This document shows, piece by piece, positions 18,200 through 27,441 of a DNA stretch of 64,000 bases (the first letter of the stretch is position 1; every line of letters starts with the position of its first letter). The stretch covers positions 126,903 through 190,902 of the forward strand of contig JAZDMU010000002.1 of NCBI GenBank assembly GCA_043800695.1. Reading direction: 5' to 3'. Under the pieces are notes generated by a model. The model did not search any database. It was not told where the DNA came from and saw only the letters and a program-made list of their open reading frames with translations. This DNA comes from Bacteroidota bacterium. GTDB taxonomy: Bacteria > Bacteroidota > Bacteroidia > Bacteroidales > VadinHA17. A program made the translations under genes and the position numbers.

Positions 18200-20434
18200 C
18201 TACATCTTCCCGGTAAACCTCAGGCTATAGCTTCTCTGAGGCTGAATATCACCTGGACGACCCATATATTCGGTATTAGTGATATTCTTCACAGCAAACG
18301 ATAACGTATAGCGTTCATTAAATCTGAACCCAAGAGTTCCGTCAAGAAGCAGATAACCTTTATTATGGCCTTCCCAGTAACCGGGAAATCCAGGAAGTAT
18401 TGCTTCACCGGTAGTTTCATTGAGAAAGAAATCATCGATCCTGAGGATCTTTGATTTTGCGTACAAATTGATACCTGCCTCGAACTTTCTCCAGGAGGTG
18501 TTAAGGCTCAGTTTCCCGGAATGCATCCTTCTGTATTTTAGAAATATATCTTTATTTTCATTCGTGTACTTATTGAACTCAACAGGATAAATAAATGTGT
18601 AGCCGCCTGATAGAGATGTATTTACTCTGCCGATTGATCCCGCTAGCAAGAACTCTGTTTCTCCCCCATAAACTCTTGATTGTTCAATATTATCTGCCAT
18701 AAATCCTGTAAACCCTTCGATTGTGGCAAGTTCGAATTCGATCATATTTTCATTCTGCGACAGGAAAAGTGAGATATCAGCCTGCCCTGTCATTTTACCC
18801 AGGCTGAGGCCTTGCCTGATCCCTACTTCAGTGCTCCAGCCTGATTCAGCATGAATGTCAGGGTTAGGGAAGATGATCACTGATCCAAGAGTTGTTGATG
18901 CATGTTTCTCGGCAATTGAAGGATAACGATATCCCTGTCCGAATAAAGCTCTCAGGAAGGTGTAATCACCGGCCTGCCAGTTCAGGCCTGCCCTGAAAAC
19001 TGGAATTATATTGTCTTTTAATGTATCAAGTGAGTTTTGTTCTAACCTAAAACCAACAACTGCTTTCATTCTGTAAAAAGGACGTATTTCAAGCTGGCTG
19101 TATCCCGCAAGGTTCAATCCTTTATGATCGCGGTATATATTTGAATTCACCACGCTGTAATTCGAAACGATCCCTGCTGTCACATCCATTGATTCTGTCC
19201 ACCGGTACCAGAACTGGTACTCTGAATACACAGAATATGCATCGCTGTTTGTTTTTTCACTCTCAGGGAAGCGGTTAAGAGAAGACTGAAAACGGGCCCG
19301 CAGGTCGTGCCTGAAACGATTACTTTTCTTAAATGTTATATAGGGATCAATGGCAAAGAACGATCCGTTAAGTTCGATTGTTGCCGATTCCTGCTGCTTC
19401 AGAGCTCCAGTTTCTGCATTCTCCCACAGCACAAAATCCCTTTTTAAGGTGTAGCCCGAGGTGAGATTCATACCATAGGAGAGCCCCTCTAACTTGCTGT
19501 TGAAGTGCTTTAATTTCAGGCTGAGGCGTCCGAGCTTTTCTCCGTTAAGCCTTCTGTAACCCTCATCAAGCATTATGTTCCCGCTCACTGCCAGATCGTT
19601 TTTTCCGATCTTCCTGAGATGCGAAAAAGAGGCGCTTGAAAAGATACGGGGCGTATCCCACCACACCCAGTCTTCATTTTTCGGTCTTCCGAAAACACCT
19701 GTTTCAACGAAGAAGCTTGTTGCCGGGATATTGCTGGCATCAGCCGTCCGGAAATTGATGATGCCGTTGAGGGCAGAGGAACCGTAGAGTACAGAGGACG
19801 CTCCTTTTATTATCTCCACCTGCGCGAGGTTCTCGAGCGGCAGGAATTGCCATTTAATATTCCCTGCATCCGCCGAGACCATCGGGAGGCCGTCAATAAG
19901 CGCCAATACCCTGCTTCCTGCGCCGTAGCTGAATCCGCTTCCTCCGCGCACCGACGCCTGCCCGTCCATAACTTCAATCCCCGGGGTTTTGTTTATGAGA
20001 TCCTGCGCATCTGTGATATGATTGGTTTCAATAAATGCCGTCTTGATTATATCCATTGATACTGTAAGCTCAGCAATCTTCTGTTCGTTTTTATTTGCGC
20101 TGATGACTATCTGATCAATTTCACGGACCTGCATTTCAAGTCCCACATTAAGCTCAACAGTCTCATTATCAGCTATAGTAATCTCTTCTGTAACAGTGCT
20201 GTATCCTATGAATTGAAAAGTAATTGTCAGCTTTCCGGATGTTGTTTTTACGAGATAGGAGCCATCTTCCCCGGTTGTAGTACCAAGGTTTCTGCCATAA
20301 AGCACATAAACGCCTGCAAGGGGCTCAAGACTGCTTTTATCATAGACCTTTCCCCTGACTATCCCGTTAATGTCAGTTGCATTTAAAATGAAACCTGAAA
20401 ACAGCAGGGCAGCAATCAGGAGATAACGCATCAC
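18200..20434 (-). CDS. TonB-dependent receptor
   Basis: 744 aa with a CarbopepD_reg-like N-terminus (INGIVRGKVYDKSSLEPLAGVYV), a plug (…GIEVMDGQASVRGGSGFSYGAGSRVLALIDGLPM…) and a barrel ending in …SLRFTGKM. Confidence 0.85.
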   Translation of the reverse strand: MMRYLLIAALLFSGFILNATDINGIVRGKVYDKSSLEPLAGVYVLYGRNLGTTTGEDGSYLVKTTSGKLTITFQFIGYSTVTEEITIADNETVELNVGLEMQVREIDQIVISANKNEQKIAELTVSMDIIKTAFIETNHITDAQDLINKTPGIEVMDGQASVRGGSGFSYGAGSRVLALIDGLPMVSADAGNIKWQFLPLENLAQVEIIKGASSVLYGSSALNGIINFRTADASNIPATSFFVETGVFGRPKNEDWVWWDTPRIFSSASFSHLRKIGKNDLAVSGNIMLDEGYRRLNGEKLGRLSLKLKHFNSKLEGLSYGMNLTSGYTLKRDFVLWENAETGALKQQESATIELNGSFFAIDPYITFKKSNRFRHDLRARFQSSLNRFPESEKTNSDAYSVYSEYQFWYRWTESMDVTAGIVSNYSVVNSNIYRDHKGLNLAGYSQLEIRPFYRMKAVVGFRLEQNSLDTLKDNIIPVFRAGLNWQAGDYTFLRALFGQGYRYPSIAEKHASTTLGSVIIFPNPDIHAESGWSTEVGIRQGLSLGKMTGQADISLFLSQNENMIEFELATIEGFTGFMADNIEQSRVYGGETEFLLAGSIGRVNTSLSGGYTFIYPVEFNKYTNENKDIFLKYRRMHSGKLSLNTSWRKFEAGINLYAKSKILRIDDFFLNETTGEAILPGFPGYWEGHNKGYLLLDGTLGFRFNERYTLSFAVKNITNTEYMGRPGDIQPQRSYSLRFTGKM

Positions 20435-20841
20435 TTGGCTTTAAAAGTCATTCGGATATTGAACGGATTATACTGGTCGAGGGGATTTGGAACGAGCGTT
20501 GTGATCTTAAGTGAGATTTTGGTCAGTTCCTTGATGTTGGCAATTATTGGCAGCGGCATTGAATCAGTCACTATTGTAATCTGTGTTTCTTCAACATTGA
20601 ATCTCCATGTGCCTGAATAATCCCCGAAGTTGCCTGTGCCGTCCTCCTCAAACTTTGCATCGCCCTTGAATTTTTCGAGTATTCCTTCCGGGCCCGAAGC
20701 ATCAATCCCATTGGCCAGCAGGGAATCGGCATTCCATGTCGGTTCCGTCAGAAGCTTAAACCGTTCAGACCTGTCATCCTTGTTGCATGAGTATGCCATA
20801 AAGATCCCTGATATCGTCATTAACATTAAAATGTTTCTCAT
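20431..20841 (-). CDS. Small lipoprotein, lipocalin-like, translationally coupled to the TBDR
   Basis: I prefer the start at M26 of the track ORF (MRNILMLMTISGIFMAYSC, lipobox). The mature part is ~115 aa and beta-rich. A 4-nt ATGA overlap joins it to the downstream TBDR. Confidence 0.45.
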   Translation of the reverse strand: MRNILMLMTISGIFMAYSCNKDDRSERFKLLTEPTWNADSLLANGIDASGPEGILEKFKGDAKFEEDGTGNFGDYSGTWRFNVEETQITIVTDSMPLPIIANIKELTKISLKITTLVPNPLDQYNPFNIRMTFKAK

Positions 20842-20988
20842 GGCAGTAATTATTGCTTTTATATCTAATAAAACAAATTCAATTAACCTCTGTTCAATTG
20901 AAACAGGCTTTGTCAAAGATATGAAAGTTTATTAAGTTGAATTCCTCAATAATGTTTCCTATTTTTGGTTAATTATACCCGTCGTATC

Positions 20989-21780
20989 ATGCAGAATAGA
21001 AAATCACTTTCAAAAATGATCCTGTTTTCACTGTTGCTCATACCCGGAATTATTTATCCTTATTTATCTGCCCAGCCCGTCGTTGCTCTCGATAACTGGT
21101 TCAACAGGGAGACTCACGCAAAGACCGGTCAGCCATATCATTATCTATGGACCGATACCGAGTGGAGCGGATACTCACGCCTGGGAGATATCTTTAAAGC
21201 CAGGGGAGCTAAAAACACAACAATTGAGAAACCGACACTATCGGTTCTCAGCAGTACAGACGTTTATATAATTGTTGATCCGGATACGACAACCGAATCA
21301 AGATCACCCAATTATATTCTGCCTGAAGACGCCAAAACTATCAAAAAGTGGGTTAAGAAAGGCGGGATTCTCGCAGTCCTGGCAAATGATGCGCCGAATT
21401 GCGAGTTCACTCACCTGAATAAAATGATGGCGCAGTTCGGGATGACTTTCAATCATGTGACGCTGCATCCGGTAACCGGCAACAACTGGGAGATGGGCGC
21501 CTGCACCAGCCTCCCTGATCATCAGCTGTTCAGAGGTGTTTCGAAGATCTACATAAAGGAGGTTTCTGATATCAACCTGTCGAGGAATGCCAGGCCTGTC
21601 CTGGTTGAAAACGGCAAGGTGCTGATAGCTGAGACAAATTATGGAAAGGGGTATGTCTTTGCTATCGGCGATCCGTGGATATACAATGAATATATCGATC
21701 ATGACCGTCTTCCTGATAGTTTTGAGAACAGGAAAGCAGCTGAAACCCTGGCAGGGATGCTTCTTGAAAAGGCGAAATGA
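20989..21780 (+). CDS. Secreted DUF4350-like (class-I glutamine amidotransferase fold) protein
   Basis: I prefer the ATG at 20989 (MQNRKSLSKMILFSLLLIPG..., signal peptide). The ...VYIIVDPD...KKGGILAVLAND... pattern resembles DUF4350/ThuA-like proteins. Confidence 0.4.
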   Translation: MQNRKSLSKMILFSLLLIPGIIYPYLSAQPVVALDNWFNRETHAKTGQPYHYLWTDTEWSGYSRLGDIFKARGAKNTTIEKPTLSVLSSTDVYIIVDPDTTTESRSPNYILPEDAKTIKKWVKKGGILAVLANDAPNCEFTHLNKMMAQFGMTFNHVTLHPVTGNNWEMGACTSLPDHQLFRGVSKIYIKEVSDINLSRNARPVLVENGKVLIAETNYGKGYVFAIGDPWIYNEYIDHDRLPDSFENRKAAETLAGMLLEKAK

Positions 21781-21876
21781 GAATTAAAAAGGAGAGGGAG
21801 AGTGGGAGATTTGGGGAGGGGGAGAAATAACAGTGAAACTCCATGGTTTATAAAGTTTTATTAATATTAAGATAAT

Positions 21877-23145
21877 ATGAAAAAGTTAACCTTACAAATT
21901 TTATTTTTGGTTCTTCTGAGCCTGAGTTCATGCGATAAAAAAGCTCCTGTTCTCAAAGAGACTTCTCCTGAATCGGTATGCATGTCATCGGAGCGGCTTG
22001 CCCGGATCGACAACATTCTGCAGCAGGCTGTTGACAGCAGCTGGACCGCAGGCGCTGTCGGATTCATTGCACGTGATGGAAAGATAATCTATGAGAAGGC
22101 CTTTGGCGTAAGCGATCTTGAAACCAGGGTTCCAATGAAAACGGATGACATCTTCAGAATCGCTTCACAGACCAAAGCAGTCGTAAGTGTTGCAGCCATG
22201 ATGCTCTTTGAGGAGGGAAAATTCCTGCTCGATGATCCTGTTTCAAAGTATATACCGGAATTTGCCCATAATCAGGTGCTTGACGTGTTCAATGAAAAGG
22301 ACTCAACATTTACGACAATCCCTGCAAAACGCCAGGTAACGATCAGAGATCTGTTCACTCATACCTCCGGTATTGGTTATGCCGGAATAGGTACACCAGT
22401 GATGAATGCAATTTATGCCAAGGCTGATATCCCCGGAGGATTTGGAAATGCAGGAGTAGTGATAGGTGATAAAATGAAAAATCTGGGAAAACTACCCCTG
22501 TTCCATCACCCTGGAGAAAGATTTACTTACGGATTAAACGTTGATGTGCTTGGTTACCTTGTTGAGGTCTGGTCAGGTGAAAAACTTGATCAGTTTCTCA
22601 GGACGCGCATGTTCGAGCCTCTGGGAATGAATGATACCTATTTTTATCTGCCAGAGGAAAAACAAATCAGGCTGGTTAAGGTCAGCGGCGAGGACAGTAG
22701 GGGACATGTGGTATTTTCGAAGAGTGATTTCTTTGATTATCCGCTGCTTGAGAATGGTACCTATTTTTCAGGAGGAGCGGGATTATCCTCAACAGTCAAA
22801 GATTACGGGACTTTCCTGCAAATGCTTCTCAATAATGGTGTATATAACGGGAAAAGATTACTCTCAAGGAGAACTGTTGAGCTCATCACTTCAAACCAGA
22901 TAAGTGATCTGAATGTTGGTCGCGATAAATTCGGCCTGGGATTTCAGATTACAACTGAAGAAGGTCAGACTCAGTTCGGTATTTCTGAAGGATCCTTTTC
23001 ATGGGGTGGTTATTTTGCAACCAATTATTGGGCTGACCCAAAAGAAAGACTTGTCTGCCTGATATTTACACAGCAAAGCCCGATGAGCCACGGCGATATC
23101 CATAACAAGTTCAGGGCTATGGTTTATCAAGCCCTGGACGATTGA
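21877..23145 (+). CDS. Serine hydrolase, beta-lactamase/transpeptidase-like family
   Basis: 422 aa with a lipoprotein signal (LSLSSC), an S-x-x-K motif (IASQTKAV) and the typical length of class C-like esterases/PBPs. Confidence 0.8.
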   Translation: MKKLTLQILFLVLLSLSSCDKKAPVLKETSPESVCMSSERLARIDNILQQAVDSSWTAGAVGFIARDGKIIYEKAFGVSDLETRVPMKTDDIFRIASQTKAVVSVAAMMLFEEGKFLLDDPVSKYIPEFAHNQVLDVFNEKDSTFTTIPAKRQVTIRDLFTHTSGIGYAGIGTPVMNAIYAKADIPGGFGNAGVVIGDKMKNLGKLPLFHHPGERFTYGLNVDVLGYLVEVWSGEKLDQFLRTRMFEPLGMNDTYFYLPEEKQIRLVKVSGEDSRGHVVFSKSDFFDYPLLENGTYFSGGAGLSSTVKDYGTFLQMLLNNGVYNGKRLLSRRTVELITSNQISDLNVGRDKFGLGFQITTEEGQTQFGISEGSFSWGGYFATNYWADPKERLVCLIFTQQSPMSHGDIHNKFRAMVYQALDD

Positions 23146-23146
23146 A

Positions 23147-23244
23147 TTTCGGATTTTGGATAACGGATTTCGGATTGGCGATTTCGGATTGATGTGGTAA
23201 TTTAATCTGCCTTTACGCCGTTGCGCCCTTGTGCCGTTGCGCCT
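23147..23244. repeat. Heptad array (TTTCGGA consensus, 6 units) followed by a duplicated GCCGTTGCGCC word
   Basis: The strict 7-nt register over 23147-23188 reads TTTCGGA TTTTGGA TAACGGA TTTCGGA TTGGCGA TTTCGGA. GCCGTTGCGCC occurs at 23217-23227 and 23233-23243. The element fills the whole gap between two convergent stop codons. Confidence 0.8.
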
Positions 23245-24411
23245 TTAATACTTCTTCAGCAACTCCAGCAATTTACTGTCAAGCTTATGGCCATACCAGT
23301 CGGTGTATTCTATATCGGCCCGCCGTGAATCGAGGATGCCAAAGTCACCCCTGAAGTTCCAGAGTGCATAGCCGATACCTGCATTTGTAAGGATATCTAT
23401 CACATCGCCGAACCAGGCAAGGAACACATTGTGCGGTGTTTTATTGTAGCATCCGCACTCTCCGCAATGTACACCAACTCCTCTCTCCTTCATTTCGATC
23501 CATGGTTTATAGAATTCCTCAAGATTTTCCCTTCCGTAGTATTTCCCATCGATCTCGCCAGGCCATACCGGCAGGGGAGCCTGGGAGGGATCCTTCCATA
23601 CCCACGAAGCCTGGTAATGGGATACCAGTCCCGGGAAATAACCCCTGCAGCTTTGTGCAATACCCAGGTCTTCGATTTCCGGAATGACGCTGTTACCTCC
23701 GCCGTTTCCGTCAGCAACTATTAATCTCTTTTTATTTACCTCCCATATTGCCTTTGAGGCACCCTCTGCAACTTTCCTGTATATATCTGCAGGTACCGGA
23801 CCTTTCTGCGCGTACTGGTCATTCATGTTTTCAATGTATGCCGGCTCATTCAGGAGGTCAAAGCTGAGCTTATCGGGAGATATTGATTTATAACGGTTTG
23901 CCCACATTGACCAGTGAGCATTGAAGGCATCCCGTGCCTCCTTGTCTTTCCAGAGGTTGTACGGCTCATGAAAGCCTGCGTTGATGCAGTATCCCGGACC
24001 CCGGTGAAGGTTAAGGCTTACATGAAGGTTGTATTTATGAGCCATGAATATCAGGTTGTCAACCTCTTCAAGCACTTTCTCATCGAATTTGCAGACTTCT
24101 TCCTTTGTTATATCCCTTGACCGGTCGAAGTCAAGATAGCGGGGATAAGCCATCGGTAAACGGACAAAATCAAAACCCCAGTCGGCCATCCATTTCAGGT
24201 CATCCTCGGTTGTACTGTTGCCTCCTCCGGGTGTCCTGGGCGGATTCGGAGAGAAGAAGTCAAGCAGGTTGAAGCCCTTCCATCGTGGGAGCTTGTTGTG
24301 AGAAATTGATGTGCAGGATGAAACTGCAAGTTCTCCTGCCAGGGAAATCCCTGCAGCTGCAATAGCGCTGTTCTTCAGGAACATGCGGCGGTTAAGTTTA
24401 AGGCTATTCAT
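23245..24411 (-). CDS. Glycoside hydrolase family 5 (cellulase/mannanase-like), Tat-type signal
   Basis: I prefer the start at M29 of the track ORF (MNSLKLNRRMFLKNSAIAAAGISLAG). It has the GH5 acid/base motif …FDLLNEPA… and a later …HCGECG… nucleophile region. Confidence 0.75.
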   Translation of the reverse strand: MNSLKLNRRMFLKNSAIAAAGISLAGELAVSSCTSISHNKLPRWKGFNLLDFFSPNPPRTPGGGNSTTEDDLKWMADWGFDFVRLPMAYPRYLDFDRSRDITKEEVCKFDEKVLEEVDNLIFMAHKYNLHVSLNLHRGPGYCINAGFHEPYNLWKDKEARDAFNAHWSMWANRYKSISPDKLSFDLLNEPAYIENMNDQYAQKGPVPADIYRKVAEGASKAIWEVNKKRLIVADGNGGGNSVIPEIEDLGIAQSCRGYFPGLVSHYQASWVWKDPSQAPLPVWPGEIDGKYYGRENLEEFYKPWIEMKERGVGVHCGECGCYNKTPHNVFLAWFGDVIDILTNAGIGYALWNFRGDFGILDSRRADIEYTDWYGHKLDSKLLELLKKY

Positions 24412-24430
24412 ATTATTAAGTTTAATTACT

Positions 24431-24527
24431 GTCATTGCGACGCCGACGAAGGGGGAGAAGCAATCTTTCCCATCCCAAACCTCCCGCTTCGCCAAGGCTA
24501 CGCGGGACAGGCTCTCCAGGGAGGGGA
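24431..24527. repeat. GC-rich word element (CATTGCGAC...GCAATC hairpin plus CCCAAACCTCCC / GGGAGGGG words)
   Basis: GTCATTGCGACGCCGACGAAGGGGGAGAAGCAATC contains the ATTGC...GCAAT stem. The downstream TCCCATCCCAAACCTCCCGC ... CCAGGGAGGGGA are partly inverted. The element lies between two co-directional glycosidase genes. Confidence 0.5.
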
Positions 24528-24528
24528 T

Positions 24529-27405
24529 TTATTTTGATGCCTTCATTGGAGTAAGAGTCACCGGCCCGATAAGCCCAGAAGCCCGGGGCTGCCATGACGA
24601 TGCATCAAAAATTCCTTCCTTTGTATTCTGCCGTAACCGTGCTGCAAAATTAATGTTGTAAAACTTCTTCCATGGAATATTATTCCTGTCCATGTATGCA
24701 ATACGGTTTGCCATCAGGTTTGAGACTCTTATCTCCAGGATATTTTTCTTCTTCAGCTGTTTTTTCCCAAGAATTATCTGGTAATCCGGACCAATCAGCG
24801 ATCCGAGGTCTTTGCCGTTGAGTGTCACTGATGCGCTCTCGTGAACTTCGCCCAGATCGAGCTTCCATGCTTCAGCTTTTTCCTTCGGCCTGGTGAATGT
24901 CATCGAGTAAAGCGCAGTTCCTGAAAAATCCTTTAATGAGGCTTCTTTAAATTCTGTCCAGGAGAGAAGCCTGGTAATTTCTGAAGCGGATGGAAGAACC
25001 GGTCCTCCTCCAGTGAATTCAACTTTCCAGGTACCCATTATCTCCCCGGGCATCGAATTAGGATTATAGTAGAGGTATGGTTTACCTTCAGGAATGTCAT
25101 TATATGTTGCAACAATAACTGATTCTCCCTGATTCAATCTTGCATAAACCTCGATCACGCCTGTCTTCGGTGTCTTACAGGTTGCCACTCCGAAGCTGCC
25201 GTCCATCGGGTTGAACAGAGCTGCTGCAATGGCATTTGACTGAAGCGGTATGTAATCTGCGAAAGCCTCATCTCCCTGATTGCTGATGAAGTAGGTGAAG
25301 CCGTCTTTTGTTTCACGGCGAATGAATCTCAGATTCTCATCAGCCATAGGTTCCCTTCTGATCCTGGCAAAAGTGAGCATCTGCTCAATATTTTTTCCGG
25401 TAAGTATCATTCCCTCGCCGTATACGGCTTTAAATACTTCCGGATTATTTGTCGGAGAAAAGATGATTCCGGCTTTCATTCTGTCAAAAAAGGCTGTTTT
25501 TTTCTCTTTTTGAATCCATCCTGAAACATTTTGAGGCAATTCTCCGTATAAAATTATTATACCTCCTTCATAAGCCAGCTTTAGAATTTGCGAGAACGTT
25601 TCTATCGGGATGTATTTGCATTCAGGCAAAACGAGCGTTTTATAAATGTTACCTTCAGTCTCCAGCATGCCTCCGTTGAAAAAAATATTCTGTATCTGAA
25701 GATCGGAGATATAGTCCCAGGCATAGCCCTTTTCTGTCAGGGTTTCAGCGGCATCTTTGAAAGGAGTCCCGTTATATGCCGGGCTGATGGCATCGAAATG
25801 TTCCAGCATCCCCTTTTCGTATGCAGCATACCTGTCAAATACGGGGAAATAGAGAAGGATATCGTTATCTGGTGCCCCTTTCTGCAGGAATGACTGCACG
25901 CGCGCAACATAATTATTAAGCGCCCTGAAATCATTCCATACCGGATTGGCCGGTGTCAGTTCAACAGCGGCATAGAACAGGAATCCCGGCCACGGATCAT
26001 CAGGCGGCGAATAGCAAGTGCCATGGTAAAACAGATGGTTTATCCCTGCAAGAAATAATATGTCGGCAGCATTTTTTATATCTGCCAGATTTGAGGAGAA
26101 ATGTTCGTCCAGCCATGTGGCAGCCTCGCCTGAGATCAGCGGCTTGCCTGTAACATTGGCTGCCGATGAGGCAAATTTCAGCCGTGTTATCTCGATGCCT
26201 TCCGTTTCAGGAATGTCGGCGGCAGCATAGAGGTCAAGGATATTCCCGGGCGAACCATGAGCCTGATTTCTTGTCGTTTTCCCCTGCCTGTGTGCCCAGC
26301 TTGTCCACGAGGTTGTGAACTTATCGAGTATCAGGTCAGATATTGTTTGCCTGTAGTCGGAGAGGATACGGGCATTCTTGTCAGGAACATCCTTCTGGAA
26401 AAGTGCAGGCAGGTGCTCAGCAAGATCATATCCTCTTCTTATTGCAAATTCATAGAACAGGTCATTTGTCCAGTCAGCCTGTCCTGAAGCGTCGTCAACT
26501 TCGTATGAATCGTTGAAGAATCCTCTCAGATTCTTCAGGTCATGATCCTGGAAAACGGTATCAAAATGTTTCAGGTATCTGTTTATCGCCTGTCCTGAAA
26601 AATGGTCGATCACATCACCTTCACCACCCGGACCGGCTCTCTCCACCTGTTTCCCGTGCCATCCCCGGAAGAGGGCATATATTGTCCATTTTCCCGGAGG
26701 AGCAATCCAGTCAAGATCCATTTCTGGAGTTACCAGGCCGGTAAGAATGACTGCCTGCCCTGAATCAGAATAAGCAACTACTTCATGAACCGGAAGCGGT
26801 TTGTCGAACTTAACCTGGTCGAGTACATAAAGCTGAAGGTCCCTGTTCTTTTTTATCGGGTCAGCTGGCTTTGCTATATCAGGGTTCTGGTCAACTGGCC
26901 TTAGGAGTGCAGGCTGCCTGTATTCTATCTTTTCACTAAGCTTCTGCCCGGTGCTCAGATTGTATGTCTTATAATTGATGTTCTTGCATGCATCAGCCGG
27001 GCTGACCCATGATCCTCCGAAAGGCCAGCCTGAGGCGTTGGCCAGGTCGATCCCCAGATCAAGGCGTTCAGCTTCCTTAAGCGTATGGGTGAGCATCCCC
27101 ATCCATTCCGGAGAGAGATATTTAATAAATTTATCTTCCTGCCCCTTAACGCCATAGGTGGCAGTTATCTCCAGTCCTCCAAGGCCCGCTGCTTTATATT
27201 TTTCCAGATTGGCTGTCAGGTCCTCAGGATTTACAATGCTTCCGGGCCACCACCAACGGGTCCAGGGTTTGTTCTGTTGAGTTATATCAGGCCATGCCAG
27301 TTCCTGGGCAGCAAGTGACTGGGAGAAAACCAAAACGAGCAACAGTATTTTCTTACAGTGTTTCACAGAGGTTAATTTAAAACTAATTCTAAAGATATAA
27401 TACAT
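24529..27405 (-). CDS. Large secreted glycoside hydrolase, GH106-like (alpha-L-rhamnosidase family type)
   Basis: I prefer the start at M49 of the track ORF (MYYIFRISFKL...LVFSQSLAAQ). …WTRWWWPGSIVNPEDLTANLEKYKAAGLGGLEIT… is the characteristic N-terminal block I associate with GH106-type enzymes. Confidence 0.55.
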   Translation of the reverse strand: MYYIFRISFKLTSVKHCKKILLLVLVFSQSLAAQELAWPDITQQNKPWTRWWWPGSIVNPEDLTANLEKYKAAGLGGLEITATYGVKGQEDKFIKYLSPEWMGMLTHTLKEAERLDLGIDLANASGWPFGGSWVSPADACKNINYKTYNLSTGQKLSEKIEYRQPALLRPVDQNPDIAKPADPIKKNRDLQLYVLDQVKFDKPLPVHEVVAYSDSGQAVILTGLVTPEMDLDWIAPPGKWTIYALFRGWHGKQVERAGPGGEGDVIDHFSGQAINRYLKHFDTVFQDHDLKNLRGFFNDSYEVDDASGQADWTNDLFYEFAIRRGYDLAEHLPALFQKDVPDKNARILSDYRQTISDLILDKFTTSWTSWAHRQGKTTRNQAHGSPGNILDLYAAADIPETEGIEITRLKFASSAANVTGKPLISGEAATWLDEHFSSNLADIKNAADILFLAGINHLFYHGTCYSPPDDPWPGFLFYAAVELTPANPVWNDFRALNNYVARVQSFLQKGAPDNDILLYFPVFDRYAAYEKGMLEHFDAISPAYNGTPFKDAAETLTEKGYAWDYISDLQIQNIFFNGGMLETEGNIYKTLVLPECKYIPIETFSQILKLAYEGGIIILYGELPQNVSGWIQKEKKTAFFDRMKAGIIFSPTNNPEVFKAVYGEGMILTGKNIEQMLTFARIRREPMADENLRFIRRETKDGFTYFISNQGDEAFADYIPLQSNAIAAALFNPMDGSFGVATCKTPKTGVIEVYARLNQGESVIVATYNDIPEGKPYLYYNPNSMPGEIMGTWKVEFTGGGPVLPSASEITRLLSWTEFKEASLKDFSGTALYSMTFTRPKEKAEAWKLDLGEVHESASVTLNGKDLGSLIGPDYQIILGKKQLKKKNILEIRVSNLMANRIAYMDRNNIPWKKFYNINFAARLRQNTKEGIFDASSWQPRASGLIGPVTLTPMKASK

Positions 27406-27441
27406 TTCCTTTTTATATTTAGAGTTTAATATCAAAAAGGG

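Noticed and set aside
21787-21826. Purine-rich tract GGAGAGGGAGAGTGGGAGATTTGGGGAGGGGGAGAAA as another GC-word palindrome
   Set aside because: It has no complementary arm nearby, so it is at most a half-element. I did not list it as a repeat feature, though it uses the same GGGGAGGGGG-type words.
21877-23145. Beta-lactamase, read as an antibiotic-resistance determinant
   Set aside because: The S-x-x-K serine hydrolase family includes many esterases, peptidases and PBPs. The lipoprotein context among glycan-degrading genes gives no support for a resistance role.
24412-24495. 28-codon N-terminal extension of the GH5 ORF
   Set aside because: The extension is encoded by the GC-word repeat element. 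The Tat-type signal MNSLKLNRRMFLKN... starting at 24411 is the natural start.
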